Shown here piece after piece: positions 24,329-35,390 of a stretch of 64,000 nt of DNA (its first letter is position 1; every line of letters starts with the position of its first letter). The notes under the pieces are model-generated. The model was not told the DNA's origin. It was given only the letters and a program-made list of their open reading frames with translations, and did no database searches. The translations under genes were made by a program, and so were the position numbers. Origin of the DNA: Spirochaetia bacterium (GTDB taxonomy: Bacteria; Spirochaetota; Spirochaetia; DSM-16054; Sediminispirochaetaceae); contig JAXHMY010000002.1 in NCBI GenBank assembly GCA_034520965.1, positions 448,001 to 512,000 on the forward strand, given 5' to 3'.

Positions 24329-26859
24329 TCAAAAATCCCGCTCACCGAAGGTCTGATAGGTAAAGTCGACCTTTGTATAGGGTACACTCGTTCCGCCTAT
24401 TCGTTTTTCGAGCACGAGCCGTATGAGCTTTCCGTTGTAAGAGTTTACCTGAGGTCCAAAGTGAAATTCGGCGGAACTGCCGCGGTTCTGTGCATTTGGG
24501 TCTGCGGAGTCGAAGCTCATCTCTATGCGGTCGCTCAAAAGCGTTCCATCCTCGGCTGCAAAAAATACGCTCACCTGCAGGGGGTGACGTTTCTCCGAGA
24601 CGGGCTCCTCTTGGAAAAAATTGACTGTATATACGGGAGTGGTGATAACGGTGTTCGCGGGAACCATTATTGCGACCCCCACGGTCTCGACATCGTCTTT
24701 TCTCCCGACCCGTACACGAATCAGCGGCACGGTTACCTCCTGCAGGGAGAGGCCGCCATGGACGAAGCGTGTTCCGCCGCCCTGTTTTCGTATCCTGTAG
24801 AGCCCCTCTGCAAAGTGAAGGGAAGAGGAGCTGTCCATGTTCGTCACAGACGATGAGGGAGTGAAGAAATGCGCTCCCGGGGTATCGTCGCTCATGAGGT
24901 ACCGGCGGTCCTTGTAGCCGTAGGCGGGGTTTTCCGCGGCCAGCATATGTGCCTCCGCGGGTTTTTCGTTCTGGTAGAGAAAGCCGTGGTCGGCGGTAAT
25001 GAGTATATGGGTCCTGTTCAGCTGGGTGGCAAACTTTTTTACGATCCCTACAAGTGTATCGAGCTCGGAAGCTACCGCATCGGGAAGGGACGCCTCTGTC
25101 TTTGCATTGTCCGCCGCGGCGTCTATACCGTTGCTGTAGAGGTACAGCAGGTCGACCCCCGATATCAGTTCCCTCGCGGCGGCAGTGGGAAGCCTCAAAA
25201 GACGGTCTGCCCAAAATGCCGCCGCCTGCTTGCCCTTAATGTGGGAGGCAACATACTCACCCAGGTATTTCGACCTGCCCTCTATTCCGGCGATAAGCTG
25301 TCCGTCTATCCGCACTTCTCCGTTCTTCTCTATTCTGAAGGGTCTCGTGGGGGAGGAGCGCGTTCATCCCCACCGAGGTAACGGTCGGTACAGCCGCCGC
25401 CTGCCGGTTCGACTGCCGCCTGTATCCTGTTGAGGCCTGATAACCGTTCCTCTGAGCTCGCATCCCGCCTCGTAGCGCAGCGCATCGCTTATTACCACCA
25501 CCAGTTTTTCTCCGCGCTTAAGGGCCGGCCTCACCACATCCTTAAAGAATCTCTCCTGCAGTTTTGCATCGGTGGGGATGGGGCCGGCGCTTTCGCGAAC
25601 CTTCTTGTCCCAGATTTCCGCCAAGGGCTGAAGAAAGTGCTGGGAATACCTGCCCTCCAGTCGTCCTACAATAGGTGAAAGGGAACCGAGACTGCCGGCC
25701 GATCTGTAGGCCGAAAGAGATCTCCGGTACAGCGAGTCCAGGCGATACAATTTTTGAGTATACCGATTAAAGAGTTCGTTCTGGCTTCCCGGCGAAAGGT
25801 CCGCCCGGCGCAGTTCCTTCTCGAAGTCGATATACGAAACGATAAGGGAGTAGATGGAATGGATGGACCCTGTTCCCTCTTTCCCCGCACCGCCGCGCAA
25901 TCGATCGGCGGCTGTCTTTCGTATAAAGTCGGCCTCTGCATGGGGCTCGAGTACCTGCTCTACCAGTTTTTTTGCCAGCTCGGAATCGACGGCGGGAAAA
26001 AGAGACAGCTCGGCAAGCCGCTTAACCGGGTACGAGGCAATCTGTGCGGATATGCCGAGGGCCTTCTGGACGTATTCGGCCATTGCGTAATAGCGCCGGT
26101 CGGCGGAAAAACCGTCTCGCCACTGCTGCAGGAGGAGTCGGCAGCTTCTGCCGGCGGCGGAGACCTCCTCTCCGGTTTCGAGTGTCCAGGCACGGCGGAA
26201 GACCTCCAGTACCGCGCCCAGGGGGGTAATCGTCTCAGATATTTCGGGTATGTAGGCCGTCAGTTCCTCCCTGAACCAGGAGTCCAGGTCGAACTTTACC
26301 ACCGCATTCCATCGTGGCGCGCTGCCGTTCAGCTCCTCCTCGGCGCATTCAAAAAGAATATTCTCGAAACTCTCAACACCCTGCCTCTTTCCTCCTCGGG
26401 TGAAGAGACAAGAATGCGTATCATCTTTCGGGCCAGGCTCTGTTCGGTCTCCTGTGTGGCGTCTAGTATCTCCTGCAGCGGCAGAAAGCGTTCTTTGCTG
26501 TTGCGGAAAAAGGCGACATGCCTCTGAAAAACTCCCGGAAACCGGGGTCGAGGCCGCACTCCTCCCGATAGGTTTCGGAGAGGTCGTGGCTGAAAACAAA
26601 ACCGATAAAGAGGAGGTCTAAAAGCCAGTTGTGCTCATCCTCGGGCCGGGGAGGGGATGTAGATGAGAAAATGCTGCCGCGGTTTTTCCTCGAGCAAATG
26701 GTACTTTATCCACCACTCGTTGTTCTCCGCCTCGAGTACTTCCGCTTCTGTATCGAGCTCCTCCAGAATCCCGCGGTGGGTGGACTGCGGGTCGTACCAG
26801 AACACGAGGCGATGTGTGTCGGTGTGGCTGCGGATTGCCGCTTTTATTTTTTCGTACAT
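24329..26859 (-). CDS. pglZ: BREX-1 PglZ alkaline-phosphatase-superfamily protein (frameshifted)
   Basis: RLVFWYDP at the N-terminus; VVISDALRYE, TSVGMNALLP, ITADHGFLY and FVHGGLSLQE motifs. Confidence 0.9.
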
Positions 26860-26871
26860 ATAGTGCTCGCT

Positions 26872-27862
26872 TCTACTCTTCAAATGCCAGGGTATAGGAG
26901 ATTTTATGGGCATGTTCCGTCTCTTTCCAGGCCCGAAGGCTGTGAGTATAGGCCGATAGCTCTTGTGCCGTTGCCTTGTTCCAGCGGTTTATCACCTTTT
27001 TGATTGTTTCGATTTCATCGTCAGAAAACGAGTGTTTTTGAGAAGCTTTTGCGCGCCGGCGCCGGCTTCTATGGTACTGCTTCCGTCATCGTAATCCCGT
27101 GTTTCGATATAGCCGTTCCGTTAGGCCGCCTGGAGCAGCTTTTTGTATTCCTGTGGGACGGGTCCATACGGTAATCGCGCATAGGGCCATCCGCTCAAGC
27201 TTACCGTATACCTTTGAAAATGCTCGTAATCCACCAGAAATGCAATTTTAAGCAGTTTGGTTTTGTAGACTTTTCCCGTCATTGCCAAAATGTAGCCCAA
27301 GAGCTCTTCCATCCTCTGGATATCAGGCTTCGAAACCCTGTATATTCATCCGGATTTTCGTGTACTGCAAACATTTTTTCTTCCACCATGTATGGACTTG
27401 GATACGCTTCAAGGTGCTTATTATTTTTCTCTGCGTCGGTCCTATGAGGTTCTGCCGTTTTAAGAACATTTTCTTGAATGTATCAGGGTCTCCGGCTGCG
27501 CGATAGAGCACAGAGTTGGCTGTTGTGGGAACCTCTCCCTGTTCGTAGGTGTTGATAGTACTCTCGCCGAGACCAAGAATAATGCCGAAGGGTTTTTGTC
27601 CTGCTCCATAGCCTTCACGTATCGAGCGAATCTCGGTGGGAGTTACAAGATCATGTTTCTTCCTGTAGCTCTCCCGTATATCCGTACAGCTCTACTGCCT
27701 GAACAGCTGTAGAGAGTTCTTCTCCACATACGGTGCAAACTGAGAGCTCATGGGGAACCCTAACCGACTCGCCCCTGTAGGTGTAGGTTTCCTCACGAGT
27801 AACTATTTTAACAGCTTGTACTTTTCCGCATTGTGGGCAGAGGGCTTTCCTGTTCGCACCAT
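26872..27862 (-). CDS. MqsA-like antitoxin: Zn finger + XRE HTH + DUF4065 (Panacea/SocA) domain (frameshifted)
   Basis: CPQC...CTVCGE; IRSIREGYG...LGLGESTINTYEQG; KTKLLKIAFLVDY...YARLPYGPVP. Confidence 0.8.
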
Positions 27863-28191
27863 CCCTTCCTCGTGGAAAGATCTTATCTCCAGATAATCCT
27901 GATTATCTGCGCTCAGTGAGAAATACCTTCACATACATCTTCTTACCATTATACATAGGGAAAAAATCCACACTTCTCCAGTAGAAATTTCTTATCATGT
28001 GATACTGGTCCTGCAATACGATCGCCCGGTTGTAAGCCGAAGCAGATATTTTTCACATCCCTCATTGAAAGATCTAAGGCCGACATCGACTGTAAATTCT
28101 TCTGTCTGGGAGCTAAGGTTATCCGCTCCGGGGTGTTCCACATTTTCTTAAGGCGCAGAAGAAACAATTGTACCTGTATCGTCTCATTCAC
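27855..28191 (-). CDS. MqsR-like mRNA interferase toxin (frameshifted)
   Basis: RQKNLQSMSALDL...GP..HD...MYVK...SFH; directly upstream of the MqsA-like gene. Confidence 0.7.
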
Positions 28192-28203
28192 AGTATACTC
28201 TCT

Positions 28204-28229
28204 AAACCGGTATAAATCAATGCCGGTTT
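28204..28229. promoter_or_regulatory. Palindromic operator upstream of the mqsR-like gene
   Basis: AAACCGGTAT-n6-ATGCCGGTTT (one mismatch). Confidence 0.5.
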
Positions 28230-28359
28230 TATAATATTTATTGGACCTACCGGCACCTCTCTGAAGATGATCGTCTATATATGTTATGCAGTAATGTCTT
28301 TATGAACAGCACTTTTTATAAGCTCTTTTTCTTCCTCATCAAGACCAGAGACCAATTAT

Positions 28360-28671
28360 CTAAGAGAAATTTTTCAACCGAGACATCGAAGAGTTTGGAA
28401 AGCCGTTTCGCCACGGCTCTTGCTTATACCTCTCTGCCCGTTTTCCATGTTCGATATATTCTGCCGACTGAATCTCCCGAGTTTCTCTCCCAGTTCGGTT
28501 TGCGACATATTGTGAAGTTCGCGGTACAGGCGCAATGTTCTCACTCGGGCTAATCTCGCTGCGGATATGGTGATACCATTCGCTTTTGGTGATCTCCACA
28601 AGCTCCTCGTCTTCATCCTCGATGACTTCTCCTTCAAGCCTAATACGGGGCTTTTTCACGACTACCTGCAT
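28360..28671 (-). CDS. XRE-family HTH antitoxin/regulator (frameshifted)
   Basis: MQVVVKKPRIRLEG...RLYRELHNMSQTELGEKLGRFSRQNISNMENGQRGISK. Confidence 0.8.
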   Translation of the reverse strand: MQVVVKKPRIRLEGEVIEDEDEELVEITKSEWYHHIRSEISPSENIAPVPRTSQYVANRTGRETREIQSAEYIEHGKRAERYKQEPWRNGFPNSSMSRLKNFS

Positions 28672-28760
28672 AGTACACCTCTATCTCCAAGACTGTGTCT
28701 TCGACGTGCCGGCACGTGACCTGAATGTTACACAAATAAGGTTACATTTCAAGGGATCCA
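28638..28760 (-). pseudogene. C-terminal remnant of a RelE/HigB-like toxin
   Basis: ...RHVEDTVLEIEVYYAGSREKAPY* overlaps the XRE start; no intact upstream part. Confidence 0.55.
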
Positions 28761-29149
28761 TGTTTTCTGTACCAGCGTCGCGGTTGTTTTCGATTCGTGA
28801 ACGGCGAGCAGGTCGCCGGCCCCGAGATCAAGTACGTTCACCCTCTGATTATCGCGTAACAGAGAGAGATACTTTTCCCCTTTTAAGGCATTTTATATGT
28901 GAAAAATGCCAGTAGGTATTGCATTTTTGCCACTTAAAATGAAAAATTATGAAAAGTTATGACTCTGGCAAAGGCTTATCACAGAAAAACTACTGTCGTG
29001 GAAGGGGAAAAAAGATCGCAAGTCCGATTTACGCCGTTTTTTATACAGAGTTTTCGGAAAAGTTTACCTCTACTCATCCAAAACGTATTTGAGCGACGTT
29101 TTCGGTTCGTTCCGGTCGGCATTCGATCATCAAGGTGTTTTCCGATAGT

Positions 29150-29261
29150 CGTAAAAATGTTTTCGTACCCCTTGTGACGTTGAGAAGCGGCCGGAATGAT
29201 TCCAGTAACTGGTCTATCTGCTGAATCTCGTGTAATAATTTTCTACGAATCGAATCATGCA
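29150..29261 (-). pseudogene. Truncated N-terminus of a HEPN/HepT-like partner
   Basis: HDSIRRKLLHEIQQIDQLLESFRPLL overlaps the MNT stop and then loses resemblance. Confidence 0.45.
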
Positions 29262-29566
29262 ATACGCTGCACCTCGCCAATCTCCGAGAGAAGCGTAAAT
29301 AATGCCGATTGATGACCAAAATCGATAAGATCTATCTCATGTTCCAGTTCGGTTAATAGACGGCCGTATATATGGAAGAAACGTTCCCTTGGGTAGTCAT
29401 TAATTCCGATGTCAATATCGGAACCTGGTGCCCGGCGTCACCCATTAGCAGACCAAAGAGGTATATTTCCCTACACCCCTCTTCCCGAAGGATTTGAACG
29501 GCTCGCTTGAGATTCAGCCGTATGGACAGTACTGTGTATGTCTGTTTCCCACAATTTCCGATTCAT
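29255..29566 (-). CDS. Minimal nucleotidyltransferase (MNT/MntA-like antitoxin) (frameshifted)
   Basis: RAVQILREEGCREIYLFG...SDIDIGI...EIDLIDF. Confidence 0.8.
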
Positions 29567-29678
29567 AGTACTTCCCCAGTATCGAGTCCTTCTTTATATA
29601 GTAGCAGATAAATCAATTGCTCGGCAAATCCTCGCCGGTCTGTCGAGCAGAATGTTCAATGCATTGACATAGCTTCTT

Positions 29679-30557
29679 TTAGGAAGCAAGTTTCGCTATT
29701 TCATCGAAGAAGAACCTCAAACACCGATCCGGTCTTGTTATGAAAATAGCGCGGAGTGGCCAGCCTTCAATTGCTCCATCGCCGATTGTCCGCTGCAGTG
29801 GGAAACCCCCGATCGGTCCCGACACCTGGCGCGAGCAGATATTTAACCGTAGCCGCAGTGCGCCTCTCATCCGCCTCCACAAGGTGCGTACCGCCGAGGA
29901 CCGCATAAATCGGCCGGTTCAGCTGCGCCTTCACGTGGTCGAGCATGCTCCTCAGCCCCGATGCGGACATTGCCAGCCGCGCCGCCACACCCTGCGGCGT
30001 TTCAAGATGCGGAAACCACCTCGTCAGCGAAGTCGTCCTGCCGATATTCGCCGTTCTCCTGAGTACCCAAAACGCGGATCGGCCGCCTCCAGTGCGGGAA
30101 CGTACTCCGCGGAAAAGATACGTCAGCAGCCAAGACGCCCGGCAGCAGCTGCGTGCACTCATCCGCAACAAGGCGATACGGAATTCCCAGCCTTCGCAGG
30201 TCCTCTTCGCTGGAAGCACTTGCCCTTGAACTCATACCGCCCGTCTTTGTAGGCATATTCTTTTTGAAGGATGCACTCCTTCCGGATGAAGCTCGGAAGA
30301 GCTGTCGCGCAGTGTCAGCAAGGAGTCAGCAGAGCCCCGGTATGGTCGTAATGACCGTGACTCAGCACCACCTTCTCCAGAGTCCTAAGGTTCACCCCCA
30401 GCACTTCCGCATTCCGGGCAAAGGCCCCGGACTGTCCCGTATCAAAGAGAATGCGGTGCCCGTCGTACTCAATCAAAAAGGACAGGCCGTGCTCGTATTC
30501 CAGCGACGTGTCCTCTCCGGGGCTATCTTCTATCAGCGTAGTAACTCGTAATGCCAT
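29679..30557 (-). CDS. MBL-fold metallo-hydrolase, COG1237-like (frameshifted)
   Basis: EHGLSFLIE, ILFDTGQS, LSHGHYDH and GGTHL motifs. Confidence 0.85.
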
Positions 30558-30724
30558 TATATAACCTCCTACTTATTGATATATATACTATGAATAAAAC
30601 TATGCGATAGTGCTTGCGTACAGATGTTTCTACATATAAGAGAAGTTTTGAAATTCCTCGGCAGCCCGGCAGGCACCACTTAAAATGATCCAGCATCGTA
30701 TTTTACAAGGACAAAGGAGTGTTA

Positions 30725-32135
30725 ATGATGAGTGCTGAAAAGAAACCAAGAGAACTGCTGGCAAGCAGATTAGGGTTTATCCTGCTCACGGCCGGTTGTG
30801 CAATCGGCTTGGGAAATGTATGGCGCTTTCCCTATATTACGGGGAAATACGGCGGAGCGGCCTTTGTATTGATTTATCTGGCCTTCCTCTTGATCCTGGG
30901 ACTTCCGATTATGGTGATGGAGTTATCCATCGGACGAGCTGGACGGTATAACATTGCCGGATCTTTCCGGGCCCTGGACCCGAAGGGTTCAAAATGGCAC
31001 ATCTATGGGGTACCTGGCCATCCCTGGTAACCTTCTGCTGGTGATGTCCTTATACCACTATCGCCGGATGGATGTCGATCAGCCTACTTCTACTTCGCCC
31101 TGAAGGGCGATCTGGCCGGATTAGGCGCCCGAATCAGGTGGGTGCATTTTTCGGCGGCTTTCTCGCACAGCCGGGCGGCATGCTCTTCTGGATGTTTCTG
31201 GTCGTAATCCTGGGATTTGCAGTCTGTTCAAATCGGCCTGCAGAAGGGTGTCCGAAAGAATTACCAAATGTCTGATGTCAGCTTTGGTTGTTATTCTGGT
31301 AGTCCTTGCTATCCGGTCGGTAACCCTGCCGGGCGCCGGCGAAGGACTCAGCTTTTACCTGAAGCCTGATTTCGGAAAACTCATGGAAACGGGTCTGTGG
31401 GAGGCCGTGTATGCTGTACTATGGGGCAGGCTTTCTTTACCCTCAGTCTGGGTACAGGAAGTATGCTCGTTTTCGGAAGTTATATCGGAAAAGAGCGGTC
31501 GCTGACCGGTGAATCTGTCAATATTCTGGTTCTCGACACCTTTGTCGCCTTCAGTTGCCGGTTCGATTATCTTCCCGGCAGTGTTCGCTTTTTGGTCAGG
31601 ACCCTGCCGAGGGGCCGGGGCTGGTCTTCGTTGTTCTTCCGAATATTTTCAACAGTATGAATCAGGCGGCCGACTATGGGGTTCGCTCTTCTTCCTCTTT
31701 CTCAGGTTTGCCGCTGCTGATGGTCCGAGATTGTGGCTGTATTCGAGAAACCTGATGGCCTCTACTCTGGATGAATGGGAATGGTCACGCAGAAGCCTCC
31801 ATTCCCAACGGCGTTATCGTGGCCGTACTTTCCCATCCCCTGCGCCCTCGGGTTCAATGTCTGGAGTGGAATTCAGCCCCTGGGACCGGGAACTGCGGTA
31901 ATCGATCTATGGGATTTCATTGTTCAGTTCAAACCTTCTGCCTATCGGCTCACTGATCTTCGTACTCTTCTGCGGCTATAAGTTCGCCTGGGGCTGGGAC
32001 AATTTTATAGAAGAGGCCAACGCAGGCAAGGGTATGCGATATCCGGTGTGGATAAAACCTTATATTCGATATGTCCTCCCGCTTATAATCCTCTTTGTCT
32101 TCGTGCAGGGTTATATCGATAAGTTTTTCAGCTAA
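30725..32135 (+). CDS. Sodium-dependent transporter, SNF/NSS family (frameshifted)
   Basis: GCAIGLGNVWRFPY..GKYGGAAF, GQAFFTLSLG, GPGLVFVVLP. Confidence 0.9.
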
Positions 32136-32162
32136 TCTACTTTAGTTTTCATTCCTACGGAT

Positions 32163-32188
32163 ACGGCAGCCATGACGGCTGCCGTTTT
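32163..32188 (+). terminator. Intrinsic terminator of the SNF gene
   Basis: acggcagcc-atgac-ggctgccgt followed by T's. Confidence 0.7.
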
Positions 32189-32328
32189 CATTTGAATGCG
32201 TACACATCCCCCGGTATAGTCGTAATGTCCGTGGGCTGAGCGCAGACAACTCCCAAAAAGAAGGGCTGTCCGATGTTACATCGAACAGCCCTAAAAAGAG
32301 ACTAAAAGGAGTGAGGGTATGGGGAATA

Positions 32329-33673
32329 TTACCGTGCGGCGCCGATCAATTTCTCGGGCAGCCAGGTGATAATTTCGGGGAAGACAGTACACAAAACAAT
32401 TGTAAACATTATAATCAACACAAAGGGGATAACTCCCTTGATGATGTGGGCCATGGTAAGACCTAACTCTGGGGGAGCGGCGCCCTTCATTACAAAGATC
32501 GACATCGCCATCGGCGGAGTTTGAAAAGCCATCTGCAGGTTAATACAAATCATTATTCCAGCCCAAAGCGGATTAAAACCGAGTTCGGTTAAAATCGGCG
32601 AGAAAATCGGCACAATGATAAATACAATTCCGATCCATTCAATAAACAGACCCAAAAGAAATACAATAACCATTATTACGGCAAAGGAAGCCCATCGTCC
32701 GCCGGGCACGGAAAGAATTAATGCGCTTACCACATCACCGGCGCCGGCGCTCATAAAAATACCGACAAAGGCATAACAGAGGGCTGCAATCATCACTACA
32801 AAAGCACTTACCCGAAGGGTTTCCAAGGATGCATGCTTTATCAGCTGCCAGCTGAATTTACCATACATTACCGCAAGTAATAGTGATGCTACACCACCCA
32901 CTGCAGCCGCTTCAGTCGGAGGGGCAATTCCTGCGAATATTGTTCCGAGTACTGCCAGAATGAGCAGCACCGGGGGTAATAACGATTTGAGTAATTTTAT
33001 AAACTTTTCCAGAGTAAAGCCGGTAATCTGATCTTTCGGAATAGCCGGCCCATATCTGGTTAAAGTGACAAAGAATCAATACATAAGCAATATACAAACT
33101 CGATAGAATAAGTCCCGGGAATATAGCGCCCATGAACATCTGTCCAATCGAGATACCTGCCTGGGGTCCATACACTACCAGCATAATACTCGGCGGTATC
33201 AGTATATGCCTAGAGTACCGGAAGCCACAATAGTTCCTGCGAGCTAGGGATTTATCGTACCCCCGCGATACCATCGGTTCGAGAGCAATCAAAGTCAGAA
33301 TTGTGACCGAAGCTGCAATTACTCCTAAGCAGGCTGCTAAAATAGTACCAAAAACTATGGTAACCAGCGCAACCCGCCCTTTAAGACCTAATGCTTCGTA
33401 CAGGTTCTGATACAGATCTTTGGTAATACCAGAATGCTGCAGAACCACCCCATAAAGGTAAATAGGGGAACCGCTAAATAGGGATAATTGAGGGATAAGC
33501 CGTAAAATCGGCTGTACAGAATATGATAGGTGGTATCAGGTCCAAATACCAAGAAACCAACGATAAAGGCCACACTTCCAATTACAAAGGCAATCGGAAA
33601 ACCAGTCAAAACAAGTGTAAACACCCGACCAAGCATGAGGAACTGCAACAATTTCAGCGCTTAGTTCAATCAA
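32329..33673 (-). CDS. dctM: TRAP transporter large permease (frameshifted)
   Basis: AVPLF, IPPSIMLVVY, PTEAAAVG, TPPMAMSIF. Confidence 0.9.
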
Positions 33674-34184
33674 TTGATTCACCTCTCATTACGAAATAAG
33701 TATCCCGGATGAACCTTGCGATTCCCTGAAGAAGTAACAGTAAAAGCCCAACGGCAAATATAGTTCGATAGGGAGCCGCCGGGGGGTACCAGAAACTGTT
33801 GGTAAATACTTCGTCAGTTTTCCACGCCTTAATTGACCATTCGGTTGCAACTTTAAACATGATGGTCATTAAAGGAAAAAAGAACAGAAGCGAACAGACA
33901 ATGTCAATCCAGGCCTGGGTACGTTTTGAAAGCATCGAGTAAATCAAATCTACCCGGGTATGCGAATGCGTGCAGATACACATAGGAAGCTCCCAGCAGG
34001 TACACGGCACCCCCTGCCATGCAGAGGGTGTCGTATGCCCAGATGGTGGGCGCATTGAAAAAGTGCCGGGAATAGTTTCATAGGCGCCCACCAGTACCAG
34101 GAGGAAAGCAAACCATTTCCCCAGCGCTCCGGCCTTTTCACTCAGAAAATCGATGTATTTTAATAACTTCGTTAAAATGGTCAT
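33666..34184 (-). CDS. dctQ: TRAP transporter small permease
   Basis: Four TM segments with HTRVDLIY; lies between dctP and dctM. Confidence 0.85.
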   Translation of the reverse strand: MTILTKLLKYIDFLSEKAGALGKWFAFLLVLVGAYETIPGTFSMRPPSGHTTPSAWQGVPCTCWELPMCICTHSHTRVDLIYSMLSKRTQAWIDIVCSLLFFFPLMTIMFKVATEWSIKAWKTDEVFTNSFWYPPAAPYRTIFAVGLLLLLLQGIARFIRDTYFVMRGESID

Positions 34185-34201
34185 GCTTTACCTCCTGAAA
34201 C

Positions 34202-35293
34202 CTATTTCATAGCGTTATATGCGTCGCCGACTCTTTCATGGAGTAATAGATTTCGCTGTAAATACCACCTAACTCTTCGCTTTCTCTCATAGAACTCGTT
34301 GGCAGTTTTCAGCAGTTCCTTTTCAATTTAAGCGGGAACTTTTCGTACTTCATTCCCCTCTTCTCTGAACTTATCCACAGCTTGCACCGATTCATATACC
34401 AGATACTCGTGCTGAGCCTGGGTGTGTTTGTCGATCTCGGCCTGTACGATTTCCTGAAGATCCTCCGGCAGTGCGTTCCAGGAATCTTTATTTACAAAGA
34501 ACACCTGCGGATCGCTCGGTGCCCGGGTCGGAGAAAGATACACATCAGTCGGCCACTTCGTAGAAACTCGTACTCATAGTGGTTCAGATGCCGAGGGTTG
34601 AATATTCAAAGGCATCGATAGTCCCGCGCTGCATGGCTTCGTAAAGTTCGCCTCCGGGGATAATCACTGTTGCTGCACCCATGCGCTTGAATTTCTCCGC
34701 CGTCGGCCCATACAACGAGCCTTCAGGCCCTTGATATCGTCCATGCTGTTGGGGTTCTACCTTGGAGTGAAAAAACACTTCTGCAGGCAGGGGCAAAAGG
34801 GCTGCAGGAAAGGTCATGGTATTATCGTCGCCCATCATTTTGTTCATTAGGTCGGCCCCGCCGCCGAAGTTAAACCAGGAACGCAGCGCTTCGCCGGGCA
34901 GTCCCGCCGGGCGGGAGCTGATCAGTCCAGGCTGCCGGCCATTTGTCGAGGTTGTACATCGGGCAGGTGTAGGCCATATCGAGCACCCCTTCATGCACCA
35001 GCATCCCGGCTACTTTATAGGCTGGTACGATCGATCCACCTACAAAGGGCTTTACGGTCAGTCAACCATCGGTGGCTTTTGTGATAGCATTACGATAGTT
35101 TGTCATGAATCGCAGATCTGCGGACGGGTACGCTCGCAGGCCCGTGTCCTGATGACTTCCACACAAACGTTTCTCTCTCCGGGGCAGCCTCACCATCTGC
35201 GCTGCTTCCGGCACCGCTTTTTGACACGACATTAGTGTGAAGGCCGTTAAATCCGACCAACAACACTCCAGAATTTTTTTCTTGTTATCTCAT
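34202..35293 (-). CDS. dctP: TRAP substrate-binding protein (frameshifted)
   Basis: MGAATVIIPGGELYEAMQRGTIDAFEY; VNKDSWNALPEDLQEIV. Confidence 0.88.
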
Positions 35294-35390
35294 CCTGTTT
35301 CCTCCTAAAAAAGAAAATTCCAATATCTTCATGAGTCCTACGGTGAACCGCAGCGCTCATACTCCCTATATAATGAGCGACTTCCAGGTA

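Noticed and set aside
23708..24856. Long plus-strand ORF (382 aa) and similar antisense ORFs
   Set aside because: These are shadows of brxL/pglZ and other real genes on the opposite strand, with no recognisable motifs.
20063..29566. Integron cassette array
   Set aside because: Genes are co-oriented, but I found no integrase and no recurring attC-like sites between modules.
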